From Octopus vulgaris (lineage: Eukaryota): DNA of 64,000 nt. Location: the NCBI GenBank assembly GCA_951406725.2, contig OX597823.1, forward strand, positions 16,802,001 to 16,866,000. The letters run 5' to 3'. The translations under genes and the position numbers were made by a program. Positions 53,760 through 64,000 of the stretch are shown here, in pieces (position 1 is the first letter of the stretch; every line of letters starts with the position of its first letter). The notes beneath the pieces were generated by a model. That model did not search any database and was not told where the DNA came from. It saw only the letters and a program-made list of their open reading frames with translations.

Positions 53760-54480
53760 TCTAAAAATAGTAGCGGTCTGAATGATATAGGAGAGTAGGC
53801 ATTGATCGCAGGATGTCTTAGGTGTCATTTTGGCAGTTTGTTGGAATATCGTTTGTTGGTTCATGGAGAGTTTATTTGGATCGTTAAGTTGTTGTTACCC
53901 TGCTTCGTTATATGCTTTATTATTACTCCACAATTATAATGTAAAAATATATCGTCATAACAATTGGCAATACAACAATTTCATTTAAGAACTTTTGCAT
54001 ATGGCATTCAATGTATTACCCCTAAATATATTATATTCAAATTCATGTAATTATTTCATTTGACTTATCTCTCATGAATCACTTCTTTTTTTCATCTAAT
54101 TCTATGAAATATATTGGCCAAAATTATCGGTAACTGTTTTCCTATCTGTAAAAACGTTTCTTATTTGGAATAACTTTACAGATGTTTGTCTTTTCTTATC
54201 GCTGACAAAACAATTGTGAATTGTACCACTAAATGTAGAATAATGTGTCTTTCTTGGGGATTGAAAGGCAACAATAAGATTTGAACTCATAATATGAACC
54301 TTTCAAGTTGAATTCATTAATATTATAGTCACATGCTCGATTGTGCATTTTGTAGGGTGTAGGGGTTGTACAAAGGATAACAATTCCCTGAGGAATTAAA
54401 GGAAAAGAAACAAACAGTAAAAGAACAAACAATAAAGAACAGTTCTGAGGCAAAATCTTACAATTTGATAAGGTCATTGT
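53760..54480 (-). mobile_element. Probable decayed Penelope ORF N-terminus
   Basis: Frameshifted TLSN...LSFV/TPTP...DYNINEF and WSNNKAYNEAG*QQLNDP resemble PLE pre-RT motifs. Confidence 0.45.
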
Positions 54481-54584
54481 ACCTCCTGGACATGGTGCTT
54501 CGCACCGAACACCATACGCTTCTTCAAGATCTTTATTTTCAATAACTATCTACAATAGAAGATCAGTGCAGGAATTTAAAATAG

Positions 54585-54790
54585 TTTCATGATGATGATA
54601 ATAATGGTGATGCTGGTAATGATGATGGTGGAGGTGATGATGATGGTAGTGGTGGTGTTGGAGGTGGTGGTGGTAGTGGTGGTGATGTTGTTGATGGTTG
54701 CATTGGTGATGATGATGTTCATGGTGTGAGTGATGGTGATGATGATGATGATGGGGATGATAATGCTGATGGTAATGATGATCATGGTGA
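54585..54790. repeat. (TGA/TGG)n degenerate trinucleotide microsatellite
   Basis: Directly visible; source of the poly-His ORF. Confidence 0.9.
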
Positions 54791-55639
54791 CAGTAAAACA
54801 TTTGTAGTGAACGGCCAGTACAGACCAGTGTGGAATAGTGTCCTCACACACACACTCCCACACATATTAAACCAGCTTCTTTCAGCTTCTGTCTCCCAAA
54901 TCCACTCACAAAAAAATCTTGGTCAGCCAAGAGGTTTAATAGAAAATACTTGCCTAAGGTGCCACATTGAGAGATGAATTGAAAACCATTTGAGCCCACT
55001 TTTTAAGCATACACCAATCCCTGTGCCTCTATACATACTCACACACATACACACACACTGGCTCTCCATGCTTGTGAGATTAATGTGCAAGTGGCTGAGT
55101 ACTCCACAGATATACATACCCTTAACATAGTTGTCAGGGAGATTCAGTGTGACACAGAATGTGAAAAGGATGGTCCCTTTCAAATACAGGCACTACTCAA
55201 TTTTTGCCAACTGAGTAGACTGGAGCAACATGAAATAAAGTGTCTTGCTCAAGGACTGAATGTGCCACCAGGAATCGAACTCATAACCTTATGACAGTGA
55301 GCTGAATATTCTAACCACTAGCCACCTGCCTTTACTAGACACACACACACAGGGAGAAGGCAGAGCAAAATGTTATAAACTGTTTCATGTTGAAAGACCT
55401 TTGGACAAACTTTACACCTAATTCCACAGCCATTCTCATATGCCCCTCCAGATCAAACTTTGAGAGATTAATCAATAATAGACAGATATTTACACATGCT
55501 TAGGGAAATGATTAAATGGGATGTATAAACAATTTCTTTGGGGATCCTGAAATGGTTTAATGATATTTAGAATAAGAAAACTACTAGATTCTTTCAAATA
55601 GAAATCACTAACTACTATGCATCCATTGGCCATGTCCAA

Positions 55640-56270
55640 TGAAATAAGGCACTCATTTTTGCAAGATAAAACTCTATATTATCTTGGAGTGAAATTGACA
55701 TCATATTAGAAGCTACAAAAGCAATTACTAAATACGAGAGAAAATATTCGACAAGGAAGGATAGAACTAAATAATTTTAATATCACTGTGGGATCAAGCA
55801 ACTCTGCACAGTTGACAGATTTTGTAAAAATATACATTTTAAAGGACCTAAATGGAGAGTTTCTTGAAATTGTGAGGAGGATTATACTGGGATGAAGCAT
55901 TATTCACTATCTGTAATTGTAGCAAAAATAAAGTTGAACAGTATAAGGAAAATCTTTTGCAATTTTAAAATAGATCTGGACTTTCTATCTCTGTAGAGAA
56001 AGATCATAGTAAAGTAAAGATTTTTTAGATATTACTCTTGACTTTATTACTGAACTGCATCTCCCATTTCACAAACCCAGTGACAACTTTAAGTACATAA
56101 ACCACAACCCCAAATCATCCAAAATGCATTATAAACTCTATAATTAAGGCAGTCTCAATTAGAGTTTCTAAGCTTTTAACCAGGAAAGAAATTTTTAAAC
56201 AACATGGGTGATATAACCCAGCTGCAGCTGAAGTAGGTTACCAAGAAGAAATGAAATACATCCCAAATAA
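55640..56270 (+). mobile_element. Penelope-like element RT remnant
   Basis: GLYWDEAL (GLYRDDGL-like), FLDITLD, PFHKPSDNFKYINHN. Confidence 0.7.
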
Positions 56271-56759
56271 TAGTGATTCAGTCAAGGATAATAATGTTAA
56301 CAATGGACAAATTATGATTCTGGTGACTCACAGATGGTGTAGTTGGGACAATGGACACAGAAACACCCTTAACCAACAGAAAGAAAGATAAGTGAAACAC
56401 ACATAAAAGTAAGAGACAACCGAGTAACATTAGTTCAAGTAAATTGACTGCTAAATCTTCACAACCTCCCAAATATGGCAGGTATAATGTTAATCACCAG
56501 CAAGAGGTGGAAGATAGGAAGCGTAGTGTGCAATAATCGCCCATATAAGATTTATTTTTAATACAAGCTGACTAGCCCATGACAAAAGCATGAAGAGGAA
56601 TAGTGAAGAATGTAGTAATTCTAAGAAACGGGGTGGTAGATTAAAGCAAGTAGTCTGATATAATGCACCATTGACATTGCAAATCACCACCAGTATCCTG
56701 AGACAATTCTTCGTGGCCTTAGAAAAGCAGTTCTCACAACACAGCTTACACTGGTTATG

Positions 56760-57290
56760 TCACATGAAGTTCCTGAGGCAGTTGCAGGAGAAATATGTAG
56801 CCAAAGATAAAATCTTTGTACTTGGCTTTTGTTGACTTGGAGAAAGCCTTTGACAGGGTCCCCTGATCCCTTATCAGATGGTCAATATGGAAACTAGGGA
56901 TAGTTTCCAATGAATGGCTGGTGAGAGCTGTACAAACCATGTACAGGGATGCTGTCAGTAAGGTGAGGGTTGGCAATGAGTACAGTGAAGATTTCAAGGT
57001 ACAAGTAGAGGTTAACCAAAGATTGGTCCTCAGGCCTCTCTTGTTCATCATAGTTCTCCAGGCAATAACAGAGGAAGATAGGCTGCCTCTGAGAGTTCCT
57101 CTATTCTGATGACCTTGTTCTTATCGCTGAATCATTACCAGAACTAAAGAAGAGGTATGAAGCAAGGTCTAGAATTGAAGGGTCTTTGAGTTAACCTAGC
57201 AAAGACCAAAGCATTAGTAAGTAGGAAGGCAGACAAATTACAAATCCCTTCAGGTAGATGGACCTGCTTGATCTGTAGAAAAGGCATACT
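56760..57290 (+). mobile_element. RTE RT fragment
   Basis: RQLQEK, AFVDLEKAFDRVP, LLFIIVLQAITEE remnants. Confidence 0.88.
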
Positions 57291-58354
57291 TGCTATTATT
57301 ATACTTGCTATTATTATTCCCAATCACATTTCCACCATCATCAGAAAAGAAGCTGTCTATATCATGGCTTATATTAATTTCAGTGTTAGGGTTATAGGCA
57401 AGGCTTTTGGGTCAATGGTAGTACTACTACTGCTGTGATTTATATTCCATATTAGGCAGAGATGAATGGGATAACTTTAGAGTAGATCTGCTGAAGATCA
57501 AACTATATTTATGGTGATATAGAAAGTTAGAGTCTATGATGGCAAAGAAGGTTTTGGCTAAGCCCTTAAGCTTAAAGAAAAGTGGGGTGTATACCTGTTA
57601 TGGAGATTATATCCCCCCACCATGATGAGTGGTATGTGGCTGTCATTATAAATACTGTCAGTTAGTGTCAGTGTAGGAGAGAGTACAAAAGTAGACAGTC
57701 ATAGCTCTTAAGCTTAAAGAAAAGTGGGGTTTTCTCTTTTATGATAAATGCCCACAGATTTTGCCACATTAAAGACACCGAATAATGCAAATAATAATTT
57801 TCTGAAATAGTGTTCTGAATATGTTATAGATTTTACTGGCTTTAGAGAAGGTCTTTCATACACTTATATAGTTTTGGCAAGGTAGTGAACATTTGTAATA
57901 AATACATTTTCTTCAAAGTCAAAAATGTAGTAAATATTACTCATTGTGCCCACCTACTCTTACTGGAAACTGGAAAAACAGACTTGCGGTAATAGCTGTT
58001 TGAATTTCACTGTTTTTTTTTTCATGCATTGCAAAACAATGAAAGGAAGCTGTTTTAAAAGAAGAATTTTTTAAATCCACGTCTTTAAATGTTGGTATTT
58101 CCACCCCAACCTCTCTCTCTTTCACACACACATTTTATACTTTGTCGTTTTATCTTATTCTACATTTGAAACATATGTAACATGGAATAAAAGAAAAAAT
58201 TTTATGCCTCTCTTCCCTCCTTCAATGTACTTTTCACAATGAAAGAAAAGTCAAAGACCACAAGTGGATGTGTGAAAAACAAAATTTTAATTTTGAAAAG
58301 CATGGTATTTCCACCCTTCTCTCTCCCTCTCTCTCTCACATACACACACACATA

Positions 58355-59060
58355 ATAATACCTCACCAGTACCCATAACCACTTAGCATCAGCATTCAAT
58401 TTATTGGTAAGTGATCCAGAATCAACACCAAATTGGATGCTGGAAGGACAAACCACCCTAATTCCCCAAAACAAAGACACCGTACACTCACAAAATTACA
58501 GGCTAATAACATTCCTATCAACATCCTGCAAAACCCTAACATCAGTCATCTATAGCTGGCTTATAAAACACCTGGAAAACAACAATGTTTTACCAGAAGA
58601 ACAAAAGGAGTGCCATAGAAGGAATTAGAGAATTAGACCACAATCGTTGCCTGTACAAATATCTAGGAATAGATGAAACAGCTAAAATACAACACATAGA
58701 AATGAAAGAGAAAATTAGGAGACAGAAAACAATATGAAAACAGAATTACAAAAGATACTGAAAAAGAAATAGAGATAAAAATCACTTCATGGCCAATACC
58801 CTGCAAGGCTTGACAGAGAAGAAGTGAGCCTAAGTAAAAACCAACAATGGCTCAAAGGCTCTGGACTAAAAGCCGAAACTGAAGGACAGATTCTCGCTGC
58901 ACAAGACCAATGCCTGACTACAAACAATTATAAAAGCAAAATAATGAAAACAGGCCCTAACACCAAATGCAGAATGTGCAACCAGCAACAATAAGACGGT
59001 TGACTACATCATCATGGGCTGCCCAGGCCTTTCCAAATCTGAATATATATACAGATAAGA
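58355..59060 (+). mobile_element. R4/Dong-clade LINE remnant
   Basis: PNWMLEGQTTLIP..NYRLIT, LHGQYP, LKAETEGQILAAQDQ, and KCRMC...IIMGCP zinc-knuckle region. Confidence 0.75.
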
Positions 59061-59651
59061 CCATTAATTAAGAACGATAATTTATAAATTCCTTTGGCTA
59101 AAGTACATAAAACATATGTATGTATTGAAGGGACAGGTATTAGTACAACAAAAAGATACAAAGGTAATTTAAAGATAAAGGATAGGGGATACTGGTAGAT
59201 TGATACAATTGTTTAAAATTTAAAAGTTAAAGGTTTTATTATTACCAATCAGAGCTGATAATTAGAGTGACGCTAAGAAATAAAAATAAGATAGAGTGAA
59301 TTAAAAAGTAAAGAAAGTTTAATGTTACCAATCAAAGCCTAAAATTAGAGTGAGAGAGCAAAGACTAAAGTTAGAGTAAATAAAATTTATTTATGCCATT
59401 CACTGTTCACCATCACACCAAATTCTTCTTGGGAAAAAAACCCCCCACAAAATATTGTGAAATTTAATGGGAACATACTGCATATAAAATACATTATTTA
59501 CCTGTTTCAGCTTATTTCTTTTAAAATACCATAATTCTTAATGACACAGGAGTAATAGAATCTGTGTGTATGCGCACGCGCGCATGCATGTGTGTATGTG
59601 TGTCCGTGTATGTATGTGTGTGTGTGTGTGTGTGTGTTTATTTTAATTTAC

Positions 59652-59848
59652 CTGGAACTCCTTAGATGGATTAACTTTGATAAAATTTGGTTTTGTTTCG
59701 TTGGCCAAGTCAATTTCAGTTTCGTAACAGTTCTGCTTGCTTGGACATGCTATGGTTTTAAAAATTTTCGAGTTCAAAGTAATGTGAACTGAAAGCTTAT
59801 GTGCCTCAGTGTAACAAATTTCCACATCCCATTTTCTGGCCTGGGTAT
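59652..59848 (-). CDS. Gene A exon 2 (TQARKWDVEICY...NPSKEFQ), module 1
   Basis: ttatttgtcag| acceptor, CAG|GTAAAT donor, 197 nt, phase 1 to 0, open frame. Confidence 0.82.
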
Positions 59849-59965
59849 CTGACAAATAATTTGAAAAAATGAAAAATGTTTATCAATTATTTTAAAAACA
59901 TCTTTAAAATATTTATACTGTGAATAGTTATTCTATTCTTCTCCTCTCTAGTATTTTATTACCAA

Positions 59966-60363
59966 CTAGTAGCATAGCCCAGCGTTGCTCGTGTTTGTAA
60001 GGGAAATAACTATATAAGCATTTTTAGAGAGTTATAGCCAAAAAATAGCAAAAAAATGCATTAAAAATGGAAAAAAAATTATGGTAAATTTTTTTTTTAA
60101 ATCGTTGACTCATCGTAGATATTTTTAGAGAGTTTCTTCCCTTATATAATAGCGAAAAAATGCATTAAAATGGAAAAAAATTATGGTAAATTTTTTAAAA
60201 ATCGTAGCCTCATCGTAGACGCGTGCTAATACCCAGAAGGGCTCGATATGAATCACGACTATAAGATACCCGGTTTTGGTTAAACTGCACCACAAAATGT
60301 GGGAGTAGTTAGGAATCTAAATCGTAGGAGACAGACACACAACTTCACTTTTATATATAAAGA
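59966..60363 (-). mobile_element. Second Helitron-like copy with an internal tandem duplication
   Basis: Same termini and body as 38609-38948. Confidence 0.7.
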
Positions 60364-60556
60364 TTTCAGCCAGACACTGTGTCCGTGATGGGGCACCACC
60401 CTAGTTATGCAAATCAAACAGTGAATATCATTGGAATTTTTTTGGAAAACATCAAAATCTGAATAATCATGTCAATTGGAACTCTTCAAACATTTACTTT
60501 CAAGAAAATATGTTTTTTCTATATATATATTTTGTTCATGAATAAATCTCAAACGG

Positions 60557-61620
60557 TCTTTTGTACATGCCACCTGCACAGGAGCCAGTCCAGTGGCACT
60601 GGCAATGACCTCACTCGAATATTTTTTCACGTGTCACTGGCACAAGTGCCAGTAATGCGACGCTGGTAACGATCACCTTCGAACGGTGCTTTTTGCATGC
60701 CACTGCCACAGACGCCAGTCAGCTGCTTCTGGCAATGATCACGCTCGGATGGTGCTCTTAGCGCTCCACTAGCATGGATGCTAGTCATTGAATTTGATTT
60801 CACTTGCCTCAACTGGTCTTTGCAAGCAGAGTTGAGTGTCTAATGAAGGAAAGGTATGCATAAGTGGGCTGGTTACACCCCTGGCATAGGCCACAGGTTA
60901 TGGTCTCAATTGGATTGCCGGGTCTTCTCAAGCACAGCATATTTCCAAAGGTCTCGGTCACTAGTTATTGCCTCGGTGAGGCCTAATGTTCGAAGGTCGT
61001 GCTTCATCACCTCATCCCAAGTCTTCCTGGGTCTACCTCTTCCACAGGTTTCCTCAACTGCTAGGGTGTGGCACTTTTTCACACAGCTACCCTCATCCAT
61101 ACTTGCCACATGACCACACCAGCACAGTTGTCTCTCTTGCACACCACATCTGATGCTTCTTAGGTTCAACTTTTCTCTCAAAGTACTTACACTCTGTCAA
61201 GTATGCACACTGACATTACACATCCAGCAGAGCATACTGGCTTCATTCCTTGTGAGCTTACACATGTCCTCAGCAGTCACGGCCCATGTTTCACTGCCAT
61301 GTAGCATGGCTGTTCATACACATGCATCTTACAGTCTACCTTTTACTCTGAGTAAGAGGCCCTTTGTCAGCAGCAGAGGTAAGAGCTCCCTGAACTTTGC
61401 CCAGCTTATTCTTATTCTAGTAGCTACACTTTCAGTGCACCCACTCCCGCTACTAACTTGGTCGCCTAGGTAACGGAAGCTATCAACTACTTCTAGTTTT
61501 TCTCCCTGGAATGTGGCAGAAGTTGTTCTCTGCACATTTTCAGTGGTTATTGCTCCTGAGCATCTGCCACATTCATACATTTGCCCAGTTAGCCTTCCTT
61601 TGATATTGTTGCACTTCTGA
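60557..61620 (-). mobile_element. RTE LINE 3' fragment
   Basis: LEVVDSFRYLGD, GRGRPRKTWDEV, followed by the repeat-containing 3' UTR. Confidence 0.9.
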
Positions 61621-63032
61621 ATGGGTTAAAATGACTCAATAATTAACTACACAAATCCTTATATGTGTAATAAAGTCAAGACTCGATTATCACAGATTAT
61701 GATTAGATTATGGAATTTCGTTATAATATGGAAATAAAGCAAAGCTGTCGTTGGCAAATGAATATGACCTGGTAACATGTACCAGGTTTTTTTTTTATTT
61801 GTTTTAGGTTGCTCTGTAGTCACAGGTAGACATAGACATCCTCTCAGATCTCCTGCCCTTAATATAGTGTAACATCAAGGATTTAACAGCTGAAGGGAAG
61901 GAGGGCTGCACCAACACTAAGCTCCAGTATACTCAGCTGAAAAAAAGGTACCAGCACTGGATTGGTACTTATTTTCAGCTGTGTCATGAAAGGGATCTCC
62001 TTGTTCAAGGATGCAGTGCATCACTCTGTCTAAGAATTGAACCCATGAACCTATGTTTGTGAACCCAACATCCTGAGCCTTCACAAAAGTTTAATAAATA
62101 GCAAGAAATTGGTTTGTTATTATGAAATTAAACTGATTTTAGTTCAATAAATTTAAAATGGAATTTTTGAAAATTATGATTTAGAGTAAGAATTGTAATT
62201 TTGGCAGAAAACACTTTTTTATGTTAGGGTGGGGTGAAGAATGTTCTGCCATCATAGAACCTCACAAAGAATGGTGCAAACAAGCTCCCTTTAAATGGGA
62301 AAACTAAGTTCAAATGACTGCAGTACAGGAATTCTGCAATAGCATTAACCCTTTAGTGTTTAAACCAGCCAAATCCGGCCCAATATATTCTACATGTTTT
62401 ATATTCAAACTGGCGATATCTAGCCTCTCACTCCTAACCTACAATGCCATTCTGAAAATAAACAATCACATCATTGAAACCTCAAAGCTATAAGATAATG
62501 CATGATTAATTCAAAACAATTTGAGTGAAAAAGTATTACATTTAACAGAGTATTCTGAACACTAAAAGGTTAAACTTTGAGCTACCATATTTCTGTTGAA
62601 ATGCACTGCCATTGTCTATTAATTTTGGAAGTTGTGAAGAATTCATTTAAATAACTTTGTCATTATGAAGCTAATGTTTGGAACATGACATGAGATTTTG
62701 ATGGCAGGTTTTACTTCAGATCATTTTAAAACAGGGAATGTCTATGATTCAACCAGGAGTGACGTTATTACATGGTTTGGGATCAAAAAGATTAAACCAA
62801 GTGATAAATAAAGTCAACCACCCAAGAACAGGAACAGAAATGAACTCTACAACAAGCTACCACAGAATCCCCAACTATCCAGTTCCACTCTTTAGACTTT
62901 AGCTGACCTGAGACTGTTGTACAAGACCCTAATCCAGGGTACCATACAGTAGAAACTGACCTGAAAACAAACCTCTTCATTATACACAGCCATATATAAT
63001 GATTGCAGAAATAAATAAATAAGAGAACTTAC

Positions 63033-63087
63033 AAAAGAAATGAGGTAAAACAAAGAATAAAATACTGCAATAGGAAAGAACTAGCAT
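63033..63087 (-). CDS. Gene A coding exon 1: start codon and signal peptide (MLVLSYCSILFFVLPHFF)
   Basis: gccATG at 63087 and strong donor T|GTAAGT (phase 1). Acceptor tttctttacag| at 63244 with no upstream ATG in the exon. Joined to the next exon it gives MLVLSYCSILFFVLPHFFYTQA-RKW, a plausible signal peptide. Confidence 0.72.
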
Positions 63088-64000
63088 GGCAGTAGATGGA
63101 ATGAATTGGATATTCTTGACAAATGGTAACTTTCCTTATATTCTTGAAATCTTTTGTAAACAGTGTTGATTAGAATTTCTAAATGTTTGTAGGCAGGAGT
63201 ATTATTAATTTCTTTATTTTCTTCTGTTTAACTGTATTTACAAACTGTAAAGAAAAAGGATAAAATTCTTGGGACTTCAAATTCTTAGGTTTTTGGGGGT
63301 TTTTTTTTTTTAATACATCAACAAAACTGAAAGTCTGACAGAGATCTGGGGATATATTTTTTAATGTTTGGCCAATATTATTGCATCTTAGCTTTTATAA
63401 TACATCGTCTGGCAGTTATGACAAAGATTTTTTATAACTGAACAATAGATAGAAACATACATATACATATATAGAATATCAGGAAAGTCAGGAGGTATGA
63501 GATGGAGATATTTATGTCACCAGTTGATATCTATAGGATGACAATCGTTTCACAAACAACATCATGAGGAAATGATTTACTTTAATGTATAATAAAATAT
63601 TTTACATGTCTGCACTTTTGTGCATGTTATAAATTACATAGTACTATTGTACATTTGACAAACAAATGCAGGTATAGAAGGCTTGCTCATCAGATCAGCA
63701 GCATGCCATGGTTACATCCATTTTTCAACTTTAATATACACCTGTCACAGCTCCCAACTACTCTTTGCATACTCTGCCTGGTATAATATGTCACCCAGGA
63801 CAGGACAGGCTGAGGAGTCAGTGCCACACAGGGCAATATTCAAGTATGAGGGGAGACATCCATGTACTGCATCGCCGCATCTCGTAGAAGAGAAAGAGCA
63901 TGCCTTTGTGCAAGTCAGGGAAGAAGTCAACCCCCAAATGCACGGTGCACATCATAGTGGGAAAAGGGGACAATAACCTCTGTGAATTCTAGGAACAATG

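Noticed and set aside
54180-54387. Exon-like segment with an in-frame TGA (LMNST*KVHIM) at a position resembling the module Trp, suggesting stop-to-Trp editing
   Set aside because: Exons 2 and 3 join in frame without it, no phase-2 donor partner was found, and the region reads better as a frameshifted Penelope ORF remnant
54550-54863. Poly-His and poly-Ile/Thr ORFs
   Set aside because: Translations of a trinucleotide microsatellite
62908-62960. Candidate exon SVSTVWYPGLGSCTTVS
   Set aside because: The first AG is out of phase with the signal exon, the donor is weak, and skipping it gives a cleaner signal peptide; possible only via the AG 5 nt downstream
646-63087. Initial idea that all minus-strand exons form one large known gene (VPS13B or a CatSper auxiliary subunit)
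   Set aside because: A TM exon, a stop at 22079 and a new promoter split them into two genes, and no diagnostic motifs of those families were seen
63683-64000. GC-richer segment with ORFs on both strands at the window end
   Set aside because: No recognisable motif or convincing splice sites; probably an old repeat, unresolved

Overview
AT-rich, repeat-dense eukaryotic genomic DNA. The SINE, RTE, CR1, Penelope and mariner repertoire points to an octopus (inferred). Manual splice-site and phase walking recovers gene A on the minus strand: a complete 12-coding-exon model (ATG 63087 to TAA 22079, about 515 aa). It encodes a type I membrane protein with a signal peptide, four tandem ~90-110 aa Trp-initiated modules resembling divergent PLAT/LH2 domains, one TM helix and a Ser/Thr-Pro-rich tail. 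Downstream of it is a promoter (~19.85-20.06 kb) and a second minus-strand signal-peptide gene B that runs off the left edge and may be a paralog. Its best phase-matching internal exon carries an in-frame TGA. The introns hold decayed transposons and two long fold-back palindromes (121-bp and ~470-bp arms, both with 16-nt spacers), each just upstream of a gene A splice acceptor. No gene symbol can be assigned from sequence alone. Repeat boundaries are approximate.
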